DNA of 60,114 bases, the filler included, from Hausera hauseri (lineage: Eukaryota), in assembly GCA_046269625.1 (NCBI GenBank). It is 11 parts of 11 records of this genome, joined end to end, with 100 filler letters (N's around TTAATTAATTAA, not from the genome) between each part and the next. Parts side by side here need not be neighbours in the genome. Positions count along the whole stretch, not along the records: positions 9,295 to 14,280 come from JBJURY010370149.1; positions 14,381 to 20,601 come from JBJURY010123651.1; positions 20,702 to 24,650 come from JBJURY010864520.1; positions 24,751 to 33,503 come from JBJURY010545453.1; 7 more parts are not named here. One strand, 5' to 3'. This document shows, in pieces, positions 12,201 through 25,226 of the stretch. The notes beneath the pieces are model-generated. The model was not told the DNA's origin. It searched no databases and saw nothing but the letters and a program-made list of their open reading frames with translations. A program made the translations under genes and the position numbers. Numbering within the stretch: position 1 is the first letter of the stretch; the number at the start of each line of letters is the position of its first letter.

Positions 12201-14280
12201 TTAAGCACCAACCATTCATTTGTTTCGATCTCAGGTCGTCTTCCCTCTTTCGAGAGTAATGGTACGCAATACCTACCTTCTTCGTAGGTCCTGTCTTCCA
12301 ATATCTGTCCTATGATCTCCTCTTCTTGTAAGCTTCTTTCGGACACTTTTGAGTCAAAGTTGAACTCAATCACCCACAATAGGTTCAAGTCGTTTTGGAT
12401 CTCTTCGGCTGTAGACCAGAAGGTCTTCACAAAATTACTATTTATATTCTTCTTTCCCTTCTTTATCAAACCCACACAGGTCCAGCCCAAGGGGCTTAAC
12501 CGTGCCACTGGTTCACCTTTTTTGTCACAGACCTCCTCGATTGACTGGTGTAGCTCTATATAATTCGCCACTATGATGCCATCCACTTGCAACTTGCGGG
12601 GTATTATGGTGAATTTCAGATTCCTTAGATAAGGCCATCTTTGCTTCTTATAAACCAGTTCACGGCTCTCATCCTCCCAGTTGGATTTTTCATGGCCAAC
12701 GCCTCGAATTTAATATCTATCGATTGGTCTATACTTATCAATTCCATTGTTACTCTGTCAATAGACAGTTTTGTTTTTTCCCCGACAACGGTTACCGTCA
12801 GTCTCTCCGTTTTCCTATCAACGTTTAATTCGTCGCATACCTTTAAATCAATGAAACTTTCCGTGCTTGCATCGTCTAACAACATTATTGTCTTTTGTCC
12901 TTTCGTTCCTTTTTTCAGCGACACTTCCACTGTCCTCAGAGCTGCGACCTCTTCTTCCTCATTTATCTTCTGAAAGCCTTGAGTTACATAGGTCCTAACA
13001 TCCTTTTGCTGATTCTCGACCTGTCCTCTGTCTTTCTCCTTTAACGCGCCGAGCAACGACACCTCTGGGTCTTCATCCGCTATTCTTTCATAAGGCTTTC
13101 TGACTTCATGCTCCAGTCTATTTCTGTTACCATTGCTGTTATCATTATCTTTTTTGCCAACATTTTTGTGTTGGAACTTACAGTTATTTCCATACCTACA
13201 TCTTCCTTTTCAAAGTAAAAACATATCCTTTCCTCATCGTGTCTACTAGATTCGTGAGAATATTTGCAGTTATCCCCGAATTTATATTGTTTATTTTCGT
13301 CATAGTTCCAACATCTTTGGAACCGAGCTCCTAGCTCTGTATTGGGTTGACTGATTTGTGTCCACCTTTTGTCATCTTTATCCTTTTTTTAATTGTAACT
13401 TTCGAACTCTCCCTTTTCTGTCTGCGCTTTCTTTGTGAAGTATGATGGTTCATCTCCTACTGTCGCATATCGGCCACTTTGATCCATATTACACGTTTCT
13501 ATTCCTCTTACTCTTTTAATGACGTTTCTCCTGACCATCGCTTCCTTCTCCACCCAATTTTTCAATTCTTCAACGGTTTTGTCTAACTTCTTCTCTATGA
13601 CATTTCTTTCCCATAGTAATACAATTGACTCTGGGAGTTTCTTAATAAGGTTATGATACTACAAAACTCCACCAAGTTCTACTGTTCTCCCTAGATTTTT
13701 CAACCTTACTATTATACCTTCTAACAACGCCACGAACTCATCCAGCCCGATGATGTCTCCTTCTTTTGTCGTCTGGAACTTTATAACATCGGTCATAAAC
13801 GTCGCATAGGAACGCTATTCTCCACCATAGTAAGTGTCCAATTTTTCCATGGATGCTCTGTATGCTTCTTCTGAAAGATCGAAATTTTCGACCAGTTTTT
13901 TCGACTCCCTATACAAATATTGATTTAACTGTAGTTGTTTATATATGCCCGACATTGAAGTTTTGTGGATACACGTGTCAAAATTCCTTCTCCATTTATT
14001 GTATTCTTTAACTATTCCCAAACTTCGGCAACTCGAATTTTTGTAACTTTGGCGGGATTACCCTTTCATTTCTTTCCTCATCCGATCTTCCGTTGATGGT
14101 CATCATTTTATTTTCTCTTGAAGTACTTTCATAGATGATCGCGTTGATTTTTTCATTCTGATCATCTAACTTCTCCATATCGTTTTCCAGTAACGTGATG
14201 TTCTCCTTCTTCTTCAACTTTCTTGCCGCGGTAGCCAATACACACAGCTCCCCTTGAAGTTCGTTGTAAGCTTTGTCGTA
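9295..14280 (-). mobile_element. Decayed BEL/Pao LTR retrotransposon (gag-PR-RT-RH, then a second PR region; no integrase seen)
   Basis: Gag PKLQKFELPKF / W..FDTCIH; PR LLDDASTESFI and PVARLSPLGW; RT YMDD; Pao RNase H/peptidase A17 region (TKRTLLSVLAKVFDPLG, IPRLEMMAA, WTDS, FVANRV, PADYLSR, WWNGPEFL). Confidence 0.92.
10625..11770 (-). pseudogene. BEL/Pao pol fragment (RT C-terminus + RNase H)
   Basis: 381-aa ORF with YMDD and Pao-specific motifs. Confidence 0.9.
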
Positions 14281-15420
14281 NNNNNNNNNNNNNNNNNNNN
14301 NNNNNNNNNNNNNNNNNNNNNNNNTTAATTAATTAANNNNNNNNNNNNNNNNNNNNNNNNNNNNNNNNNNNNNNNNNNNNTTCTTCAATGCAGAAGTTCA
14401 CCATGCCATTCAAAATCGCCGACGGAGACTCCAAATTATTACCAAAGGCAGACAAGCGAATCGAAAGAATTTCCATCAGTCCAGAAGTCATCCAAAAACT
14501 GTTTCTTTGGCGATTCAAAATGACACATGAATTCCGATTTTTCTTTTTTTGGTTTATTTTATTTCATTAGTTATTCTGTGCAATATTTCCGATGAAATGA
14601 CTTCTGGATACGTTCCTGTTGCAGGTTGCCAATGGGATGACTAGAATTTGTTGAGTCTACTTCTCACATGGTTTTTAGATACGTGAATAAATATGATTTG
14701 TTGTTGTTGCACTAAATAATACTCACTAATCGATTGTGGTTCTAGATGAAAGTAGCTTTTAAAAGTGAAGATGCAATAAAAATTTCACGGATTCACTATT
14801 TTAAAGTACTATATGATATAATAAATGTCATTTCGATGGATATTTTGTTAGGCATTTTGTGATAAATGCAAACTTTGTAAAATTCGATTAGAAAGGTCAT
14901 TTAAATAATACACGTGACGTCAACATTTTGATATCTGAAAATTTTTCACTTCAAATTTCATATTTGAATGGTAAAATCAATATAAATATTGAATTTTATA
15001 AATTGTTATTAATGAATGAAAATGTTGTTGGTTGTTTTAATTCAATACAATAATTATCATGTCAAGGTCAACAATTGTACGTGACTAATGCCACTCATGT
15101 GACTATTTTACAGAAATTGCACTTTAAAACAAATGTTGTCATATCAAATAAATTATTCTTATCAAATATTGTTGACTGAACTATGTCTATGAGATTTACA
15201 AATGTTTATTAAATTAATTAAGCTGAAATTTTATGAACCACATCTGAAAAATGTAAACAGCAAAATTTGGAGTATTTTCCAAATTAAATACATATTTATT
15301 ATTTCATCAAATTGAGCACCGTAATGCATTACGTAATATTTATTGATTTCCGTATTGACGAAAGGGCAAAATAATATATTTCATCTGATAAAAAATTCTA
15401 AAAATAAAATCTGGAATATT

Positions 15421-16885
15421 TCAATTCATGAGTAAATCCGTGAAGGAACCAAATTCCATCAAATAATTCTGTACTTCATTATGTTCATCATAAAATCGAT
15501 AATTCGTGCCTACCGATTCTAACTGGACATCGGACTTCATATCGTAATTCAAACTCATTCCACTGTCGTTATCCATTTTAATTTCCTTCTTCATTGAAAC
15601 GTTCTTAGCCAAGACCGGTTCCAATTTCATCGATTCTTCTTCTTTAACTTTTCTAGGCCGACCTTTCTTCTTCGGCTCAATGTCAGCGATTAAAATTTCG
15701 CCTTTTCTCGGTCTTCCACGCTTCTTCTTTTCAACAATAGTATGCTCAGATTTCACATGGATAACATTGATCGTGTCACAGATTCTCGGTCGACCACGTC
15801 GTTTCGGTGTGATGTCCACCAATCGTTCATCGGGTTTGACATCATAGATCTTTTCATAGTTTTCAATACCCTTATGGCCACATTCATGTTTCGCCAATGC
15901 AATTTCGGAATTGGTTCGGAAAACACAATTGGAATGTCGGCAAAATAGTCGACATCCTTCATCATTGGTTTGATGTTTGTACCTTTTATCGGCATGATCG
16001 AATGCCACGTGCTCATCTCGCCTGTATTCGTCGTCGAATAGTATTTCACAATAGCGGCAGACAAAACGGCGATTGATTCTCGAATCGTGGACTTTAGATA
16101 AGTGGGAATTAAATTTTGTCTTGTCTGTGAATAGCTCAGGATTATCGACACAAAATGGGCAAAGGAAACTGTTTCGATGTTCTTTAACGTGGTTTTCTAA
16201 CTCGTTGAAATCGAATGCGATCCGATTGTAACAATACTGACAAGCGAATGGCAAATTCGCAGTAAAACAATTATTGCAGGAGACTTCAACATGATTGATT
16301 ATTGACTCCATGGAGTCCAGAATAACACCGCATACCATGCACTGGTACATGACCTACAATCATCAATTTAAACAAAGCAGAATTTATCGGAATGCCAACC
16401 TTGTACATTGCAGCAATTCTATCGGCAATGTAGTGTTCTCGCGTTTCCAAATGTGACAAATAAGTGTCGAACGAGTTGAACTGTTTATCGCAAATTTTAC
16501 AGCCGAACTTCTCGTCCTTCAGAATATGTCTGTGATAATGTGTTTTCATGTTTGACTTTTGTGTGAATCGTTTTTCACAAATAGTGCATGAGTATGGTTT
16601 AATATTAGCGTGGGATCGCCAATGATGCTTCATTAACCCGCCGTTGTCCGTTTTGTAACTGCAGAAGAATAAAGGACATTTCCATTTGCATTGTTTTTTC
16701 AAATTTCGATCCTGCTTTGGATGGATTTCTCGTGCATGAAGGAACAGCGCTCCGAGTTCGCTGAATACCATTGGGCATTTGCCACAGACGCTGACAACAT
16801 CTTTGTGTACTTTTTTCATGTGTTTCTTCAATGGTTCCCCCCGGTTGAATGTTTCTGAACACTTTGAACAGTTGTATTCGACCAT
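15421..16885 (-). CDS. C2H2 zinc-finger protein with three AT-hooks; two exons (16885-16400, 16353-15421)
   Basis: Multiple CxxC..H..H fingers incl. KPYSCTICEKRFTQKSNMKTH; AT-hooks RRGRPR, KRGRPRK, KKGRPRK. A 46-nt GT..TAG intron at 16399-16354 joins the two track ORFs in frame (AMYK|VMYQC). Confidence 0.88.
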
Positions 16886-19219
16886 TTTGAAATTTCTTTT
16901 CAATCGATATTACGAGCATATTTAAACAAAAATTATTAAAACAAATTTGGGCAGTGTTGGTCGATTGATTTTATGTTACCCATTGAAATTTTATTTTGTT
17001 GTCTTTGTTACTCAATATTCAAACAACTTTGTAAATTTGGTAATGTCTATATTGATTTAGTAATCATGGGGATTGGCTGTATGATTTGGTAAATAATATA
17101 CATCCCTGATCATAGAATTTTTCACACCATTTTCAACTCCCTTTGCAGCTTGATTGTATTTACAAAATTTAAGACCAAAAAGAACGGCTGAATCCCATTT
17201 TGAAACATAAGGCACATATTAATTTGACTATAAAATGGAACCCAATTAAAATTAGTTGTACAAGTACAGAATTTTATAATAATCAATAATTAATAATTGG
17301 CAATTGTATAGTATCCTCCGTTTCGAACAAGTATTCTTATACATTCCTAATAGTTCTGCGGCCTTAATGCAACATAGATTTCTTTCACCCTCGAGTGCAT
17401 CAACACACTCATAATGCCATTTTGATGAAATTCATCATCAAATAGACGATGCCGTCACTTTTTGGTTAATATAGGAAAGTCTTAATGACGTTTTCATATT
17501 GTGGTGGGGAAATGAAACAAGTGCCTGATATTTTTTTTCCAAAAACTTTCATAAATATCATAAACATTTTAATTTTACAAACTAATTTTCATTAACATAT
17601 CAGTTTTGTATGGAAATTCAGCGGTCCATAAATAATTTCACAAATATAAGTAAATTTAATAATATAAAGAATGTCTAAATTTTACTTAAATTTGTGAAAT
17701 TGTTGTCAATTTTAATTTGTCAACAAATTTTGAAGATTTCAAACTGTCCTGTCCATTAGCGTTACGATTCATTTTGGATTGAATATATCTCGAGATGGAA
17801 CTAGGATAGGATATTGTCTTGGTTAATATTTGAATAGGAACTCGTAAATTGATATGAGGGTTTTATTTAATGCCGGTTTGGTCCTCTGTGATCGAATTAG
17901 TAACGTTAGTATCGTAATCTTTGATAAGTAATTTCTTTAATTGAATAATAACAATCGTCATAGTAACAATTGCTGAAGGTGCGTCATCGAAATGAGAATT
18001 TCTGATGACTAATTATTATTGTGTTTGATAATGGTGATAACAGCTTATATACTGTCTACGGATAAAAATATGCGTCGTACGTGGAGATTCAAACAAGGTT
18101 GATAATTTTGAATTCCATTTTTCTGGTCGTGTGTGGGTTTTCATTTCTGGCTGACTTTTCGGGAAATCGCGGCGAATTCATATCGTTTTGAATTTCGGCG
18201 TATGATTGACGGTTGGTATTTTAAATTTGAAATGCTACCGTTCATTTCTGTTATAGCTGGAATTTATGATTTTGTGCGCTTGTACTTTTAAGTAATTAAT
18301 TAAAATAGTGTTTGATTTTATTTGTGTTCGGTTTCGATTTAACTATTTAATTTGAATTATGTAATATATCGTATTGGTACTTGTGTATTTCGTCTTTTAC
18401 TTTGAATATTAATTATTTAATTATTATTTTGCCGCCCTGGATAGCAATATTTGTGTAGAATGCAGTAATGGTGATGACACCCATCAGATGGTTTAACAAA
18501 ATTAGACAAGACGACGTTTAAATGTATATACAAGGTTTATTATTTATACAGAAATATTTGCAATCATGTCACATGTTCACAATATTAAATTGTTACAAAT
18601 TAAATATCATTGTCAATTTTCTCCAATGTTTGAAAGTCTCTGGAACATTTGGAGTTCGGTCTTTGACTCGGTTTGATATGATAATGAGAATTTTGATTTG
18701 AATTGGAATTTTGAATTATCTGGATATTTTGGGCTGTTTTATTTAACGAACTCTGAAACCAATATGATATTCTGATGTTAATTATTTGTAATAATATAAT
18801 ACATATAGAGTATTTCGTTAACATATTCAGTGAGCATTATGATTACTACATTTGAATTCAAAATTTTAGATCAATATGTATTAGATATACAATCTTTATT
18901 GATTCTCTTCAATATCAACTTGTTTTATTTTTTAAACTATATGGCGGCATTACGTTTTAAAAAATAACAAATTAAAGTAAAAATAAAATAAACACCTTTA
19001 ATATAATGTCCAACACAGTTCAAAACAATACGATCAGAGTTCAACGTTTTAAAATTGTAAGTTTGAATTTACCCGTATGAAATATGTTAACAGAAAATGG
19101 ATTAAAATTTGTTAGGCGAAGTGCTGAAAATATTTCAAGCTAAAAAGTTCATGGATTGTTTGAGATCAATAGTGATTGAAACTGACTGAATTCTTTCATT
19201 AACATTATTATCGGTAATG

Positions 19220-19475
19220 TGATTGGCAATGGTGCCGTTAGGCATCGCTGCTGTGCACATTTTTGCACATTTCACAATTCGATAACTGCACATTGTACAA
19301 CTAATCGAATCGATCGGAACAAAGTGATAATCGATATTGCACATTAGTGCTCATGGACTGGTGCACAGAGCAGGTGCATTGCACATGTTCAAGTGTGCAA
19401 AAATCAATAATATCGGATTTCCGATATGTCCAATATTGATGAATAGTACATGGCACCGATGCAATCGATTGGAAA
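19220..19475. repeat. Palindromic MITE-like element with TGCACA subrepeats
   Basis: GATTGGCAATGGTGCC...GGCACCGATGCAATC inverted ends; repeated TGCACA/TGTGCA; boundaries approximate. Confidence 0.45.
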
Positions 19476-20761
19476 TACGATGCACTATATGCATGTGCAA
19501 TTAGAATTTAAATCGATCGAGTGGATTTAGAATAATATGGATCCAAAGTGCAACTGGTGCAGACTTCCCATAGTTTTTTTAGGTCTCAAGGAGTCAAAAT
19601 TTGATACAAAATTTAGCGGGAACAGACAGGAAGTGTCACATTGTAACCCGGATCTTCCATCTCAGATTTCCGAAATTCGGTGCACAACTCGAATAAATAT
19701 TGATTTTCACCGAATAGTATCGATTATCTTGACATCTATAAATTTTTTTGAGAAATCTGACAACGCTAATCGATTCCCCATGTTTCCGTGCATCTATATA
19801 GCACTTTACAGATGTTTCGCAAATGTGTAGTGTGCTTTAATGAATAATAACGGTTTCCCGATAAAACGTTTGAAGTTGATTTTAGCACACAAGCAAATGA
19901 AGATCAAAAAATGTAAAAGAGCACACACATAGAAACTAACATGTGCTCTATCCGATTATGACACCAGATATCCGAAAACTCGAATACAAGTCGAACTTTT
20001 CGAATAATTGATATTCTATTCGAATAGAAATAAAAATCGAAAAATCTAAAAGCGTGGAGAGATAGAAACCCATATATGGAGAATCCGAATATAACGTCAG
20101 ATATTTGAAAAGGGGCTTAAATAAAAAAGCAGATTTTCCGATCGAATTTGAATATTTGAATATGACCATCGGATTCCGCACGTCCAAAAACCTTTGTAGA
20201 CCAAAAATTGGGTGTGCAAAGTGTTTCGAACAGTCACGAAATGAATGAAACATTGAGAAATTCGATAATATTTCGTCCAGAAGAAATTATTGGAATAATC
20301 TGATGACGCCATTTAATTGCTCATGTATGAAAATCTTGTTCAAATTTTAAATATGGGGCTATGAAATGTATGCAGTTGATGCATTAAAACAAAATGTTTT
20401 AGAATATTTGAAATACGATATATATTGCCTTGTTTACCTCGCTATATACGTTTATTTATACGTTCTTGTTGGCGTATATCTTAGCATTCTGACGTTTAGT
20501 GACTTTTTCTCAACGGTCTGGACCTGACGTTGGTGGGGGAACATACCATTCTTTACTTATCTTCCTGCCAAAGACAACTTCTGCTGGGCTCACCCCAGTT
20601 GNNNNNNNNNNNNNNNNNNNNNNNNNNNNNNNNNNNNNNNNNNNNTTAATTAATTAANNNNNNNNNNNNNNNNNNNNNNNNNNNNNNNNNNNNNNNNNNN
20701 NCTCCCGGAAAAATTTCATTCTCTCAACATTTATGACATTACGGGAAAGTTTCAGATCAAA

Positions 20762-21727
20762 ATGAAAAATAGTAAAACCAACCAGCAGGAAGACCTAATC
20801 AATCTGGACCCGAATCAAGGTATGTCACTGTCATACCAGATAGTAAAGAAGAATATACTGAAGATACGAACACTAACTAGCCGCATCATGCTCGGAGTGG
20901 AACTAATCAAATCAGAACCAGTATGGAAAACGCCCCCTCAAGGAAAATGCTTCAACTTAATAGAGCCCGATTATCTGAAATATGTTGACAAACCCTATCG
21001 ACGGGTTTCGCACATTTCTGAGGAAGATATCGTTATAACCGCAGTCAATTTGGCCTATGATCAGAACAATCAGCTCACCCCCATAGAATGCTCCGTAATA
21101 AACCTGCAAGGAGATGTTTTGTTTTACACAATGATTACCCCTCGGCAAAGGATCAATAACTTTGATTCACACATTACCGGACTCACAGAAGGAAATATTA
21201 ATAATCAAATGGACGCTAATGTATTCTATCAGAAAATCTCCGCCGTCCTTAATGATAAGTTAGTGGTTGGAGCCGGAGTTTTGGAGATGCTACGGAAACA
21301 TCTCCTTTGTCCGTTACGCCGAATTATGGGTGTACGTGATGTATTACATCACGAAGACATAATTCGGACGTACAAATTAGAAGCAAAAACATATAAGGAG
21401 TTGGCTAAGAAGTTTTACGAGATGAAAGGAATGCCACTCCGCAGTATGGCATTGGTACAATGTTACCATGCCCTCTACAAAACCTTACGATGGGACGATG
21501 ACATAATAGATGAAACGACGGCCTCCGATAGGGTCCTAACAAGACCAAAAGAACCTTCATCAAAGAGAAGAAGAATCGAAATAGAAGAAGAAATATTAGT
21601 GGATGGCGAAATTTACGTTCCTGATGGCCTTCGATACAAGTCTCCTTCTGGAAAAACCATCTTTCGATCTATGGCGTTAATTAATGAAAATTCGGGGCAA
21701 TCTTCTTCGAACCCCCATCGGAATTGA
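20762..21727 (+). CDS. DEDDh/REX4-like exonuclease-fold protein lacking catalytic residues (retroelement accessory ORF); frame is open back to the contig start at 20702
   Basis: IECSVINLQGDVLFYTMITPRQRINNFDSHITGLT...LNDKLVVG...VRD matches the REX4/REX1 pattern; ExoI DxE is replaced by AVNLA; homologous to 39441-40649. Confidence 0.75.
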   Translation: MKNSKTNQQEDLINLDPNQGMSLSYQIVKKNILKIRTLTSRIMLGVELIKSEPVWKTPPQGKCFNLIEPDYLKYVDKPYRRVSHISEEDIVITAVNLAYDQNNQLTPIECSVINLQGDVLFYTMITPRQRINNFDSHITGLTEGNINNQMDANVFYQKISAVLNDKLVVGAGVLEMLRKHLLCPLRRIMGVRDVLHHEDIIRTYKLEAKTYKELAKKFYEMKGMPLRSMALVQCYHALYKTLRWDDDIIDETTASDRVLTRPKEPSSKRRRIEIEEEILVDGEIYVPDGLRYKSPSGKTIFRSMALINENSGQSSSNPHRN

Positions 21728-21930
21728 TCAGTCCACCAGCTAAATGAAAAATAAATAATGACAAAATGAAAAGCAAATAACAACAATGTTACCCAGTCAA
21801 TTTCCAGACACAAATCTAAATGAAAAAGAAATCATAATAACGTTAAAACAATAAAATGCAATTACCTAATCCATTATCTGACTGATTGATATTCGCTCTT
21901 ACCCATTATCCAACTGGACCTCAATATTAT

Positions 21931-22542
21931 TGTAATAACTGACATATTTACCTGGTGAAATGATTTATTTATTTAATGTAATGGCCTAAGTGTAGGCAAG
22001 TATAAATATTGTACATTTTTGTGGTAAATTCATAACTGAAAAACAGTTCTGACGACTTCATTCTTTGAACTCTACTACTTGACGATTACGTAAGTGTTTG
22101 CTGTTCTAAGATTTTTATTTGAAACGTTTGGTAACCGTTTGTTTTATTCTTTTATGGTTATTCATTTTTGTGAAATAGTATTTAATAGATTATATTCTTC
22201 GTATCCTTATCATTCTATTGTATTCAATAATCTAAGTAATTAATTAACTCTTCAATAATTGGTTCAAAGCCGTCCAGGTCTACCCTACCTGACGGCGTCC
22301 TGTTTAATACTAAGTAATTTTAGAGTCAATTAAACCTTAGTAAGTAATTATTTAATATCCGCCTTCGAGGCCACACCGACCGCACACATCACCTATAGGA
22401 TAGTGATAGGTAAGGTCCTTGTACCTGTCTTACCCACATATACCACTCAAACAATATAACCCGAACCATCTATTGTTCTCTTCACTAATTTGAACAAAGC
22501 TTTATTAAGTCTCTCCCCATTCAAATTGGTGCAGATTGAACA
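21931..22542 (+). mobile_element. Putative 3' LTR following the pseudo-exonuclease ORF
   Basis: TGTAAT start candidate, TATAAATA (~22001), TCATT initiator (~22058), GTAAGT donor (~22090), ends TTGGTGCAGATTGAACA. No clear PPT and no second copy to confirm. Confidence 0.35.
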
Positions 22543-25161
22543 ATTAATTTGTCATTAAAATACAGTTGTATGATGTTAATCACGTGTCTTTGTATTGGAT
22601 AGTATTAACATATCGGGTATAGATTTCAAGGTCGATGTGGCACCCTTTCAACTTATCCTATCACACTGGAATTTTGTACTTTTTAGCTTCTAATTACAAA
22701 GAACAAAATTAGAGGGTAAGACTTTTACATTTTGAAGAAAAAATTTTTGGACCACCCTGATATATATATATATATATACATTTTAAAAGGTTGGGTGAAT
22801 AAGATATGTGGATATATATACATATTGATAACGGGCGGGTAAATTGACGGTGCACATTATTTTATTTTGAATAGTAACATTTATTTATGACATAGTTGAA
22901 CCAGCCTTTCCACGACATTGTGACACAATTTTAGTTCAGATTCATCCCAATTTTGTGCGCTATTCACAATAAGGTACACGAAATCTGTATTGGTAAGATG
23001 AGATAATAAATCCAATTGATAAGTAACATTTCTTGATATGTCGATTAGACAGGATTGATTGTTATCCATTTTAACAAGGAACTCGGAAGAATTCTATCTT
23101 TCTGAAAAATCGTTGGGGAATATTCACGGATTTCTGTATTTAAAATAGTTGCCAAATAAAATAAAGTTATTTAACAATTCGGAATCGACGGCTTTTGATA
23201 TTAAAGAATTCGTTCTCGATGTAATTTGACATTGCAAAAAACTAAACTTTGTTTCATTTTTGATATCTTGATATGAGAAATCAGTTTCCTTAAAGTTGGA
23301 TGCTGTCGACCTCCGAATACTTTCGACAAAATTACTTCTTTCTTTAATGAATGTGGTATTTTGAAAGAGGTTAATTTATTTTTCTTTTCTCAAATTGATG
23401 ATTGTAACTCCTTTAATAAAGCACCTGTGCTGACATCTTCTAATTTTTTTACAAAATAGCTTACTTGAAAACTTATCGCCAACATTAAATAATTTATTAG
23501 TTCTATTAGATGATTTGGAAAACTTTGAAATGGTTTCTCTTGTAAACATCTGAAGTTCACAATGAAAAGGTTATTTGTTCATATTTTTGTTTTTGGTTCC
23601 TTCTGGAGAGAAATGTGAACATTTGGTTGTTTTAAATTGACCAGTTTTGTCTTTATTACAGGTTTTCTTCCTGATCTGTCTGGAGCCAAATCTCTAAAAA
23701 CGAGCATTATGCTGCCACCTCCGTGCTTTAGCATAAGGATGATAGCAGGGAGAGACAAAGTTCATAACTCGTTTGTTCAAGCCACATGACTGTGTCCTGC
23801 TCATCATCATGTCTTACGAGGACAATTATTTCTGCTGCACAGCATGATTTCCCCGCATGCAATAGAGTCAGACAGCACATAATTCTTATAAAAATATCAC
23901 AAGAAGTTTCTGTATGTTTTAAATGAGAAAAACATTGTTGACAAAGCTAAATATTTTTAAAAAGTTTAAATTCCCCAATACCATAAGTCACAGAAGGAAT
24001 GTCCTGAATGAGCCGAACGTTTTGATATATGAATTGTTGAAATAGAACAAAAATTGTGGAATGAGATTAGTGCCGAAAAATGTACAGAAGAAATCAGGTT
24101 ATGTTTAATCTCCCCATGGAGCAATTTGTGTTACAGCTAGCAGGAATTGAAAACATTCATCAACAATAAATACCATAAAAACTATCATGGTATAGGCATA
24201 TCTACTACATATCTACTAACACACACACACAACACTCAGCAAGAAGTATTTAAAAGGATGATAACAAAAATTAATTTTATGTACAACTTAAATACAAGGC
24301 GTAACAAATTTTACAATAAATAATACTACAAAATACCCGACAACTACTGCTGAGATAATTCAATTATCTCTAACAAATCTCGAACAATTCAACGTTTGAT
24401 AAGGAAATAATTACAAACACGCACGGCTAGCTAACACTAACACTAATTTTCTTTGACTTGCAAGTACCAGAATTTTGATTTTGTTGATATTACTGTAGTT
24501 TTGTATAAATGCATCACATGGCTGTTTTCTGGTTTTTAATATCGCTATTGTATTTTGTATCTTGGTTCAGTGTTTACTAGTTTCCATCTTTCTCCAGGTT
24601 AAAGCTTTCAGATTTTTCTGTCCAGATATTTAGTCCTTCCTGCCAGCTTTNNNNNNNNNNNNNNNNNNNNNNNNNNNNNNNNNNNNNNNNNNNNTTAATT
24701 AATTAANNNNNNNNNNNNNNNNNNNNNNNNNNNNNNNNNNNNNNNNNNNNTTCGAATATAACTTTATAAATATAAAGCGCGTAAAGACAGACGGCCAGAA
24801 CAATAGAAAAGACTGACTAGTTAGATCTTTTAGTTTCTTTCTATGTATTTACTTTTATATTTTAGTTAACATTTCTATATTATTTGCCACATACATTTCT
24901 TATGTCTATCATCCCAAGTGTATGTTGGGATTCATACTTAATAAAGATTACCTATTGTTATTGAGGTGTGTTCTTTCATACATGTTATACGTATGTTGTT
25001 CTTGTTATAGATAATTAGTTGTATTATTCCAGGAACTCTGATCTTAATAACTAATCCAGGAGATCACCCAGGGAACCAACATATCGCGAAAAGAAAAAGC
25101 TACCACTATAGATAGGAGGATATACTAAGATCCAAGAAACCCTCTGACATACCATTAGATT

Positions 25162-25226
25162 TGGTGCCGTATCGCAGGATTCACATTCCTGTGACAACTT
25201 GTTATTTGGTGACCGTGTCTCAGGAT
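25162..25226 (+). promoter_or_regulatory. Two tandem tRNA-His-like primer binding sites
   Basis: TGGTGCCGTATCGCAGGAT (25162-25180) and TGGTGACCGTGTCTCAGGAT (25207-25226) resemble the tRNA-His PBS TGGTGCCGTGACTCGGAT. Confidence 0.55.

Noticed and set aside
16286-16400. Programmed frameshift or pseudogene between the two zinc-finger ORFs
   Set aside because: Fully explained by a 46-nt GT-AG intron.
19550-20601. Dispersed repeat-like sequence and a possible LTR/PBS (TGGTGGGGG at ~20531)
   Set aside because: No definable termini or coding support before the contig ends.
20750-20762. TTTCAG splice acceptor just before the exonuclease ATG
   Set aside because: The frame is open to the contig start and the upstream residues resemble the homologue at 40649, so the ORF is probably just 5'-truncated.
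22860-23700. Fragmentary minus-strand coding-like sequence
   Set aside because: Multiple stops, no identifiable domain or consistent exon structure.
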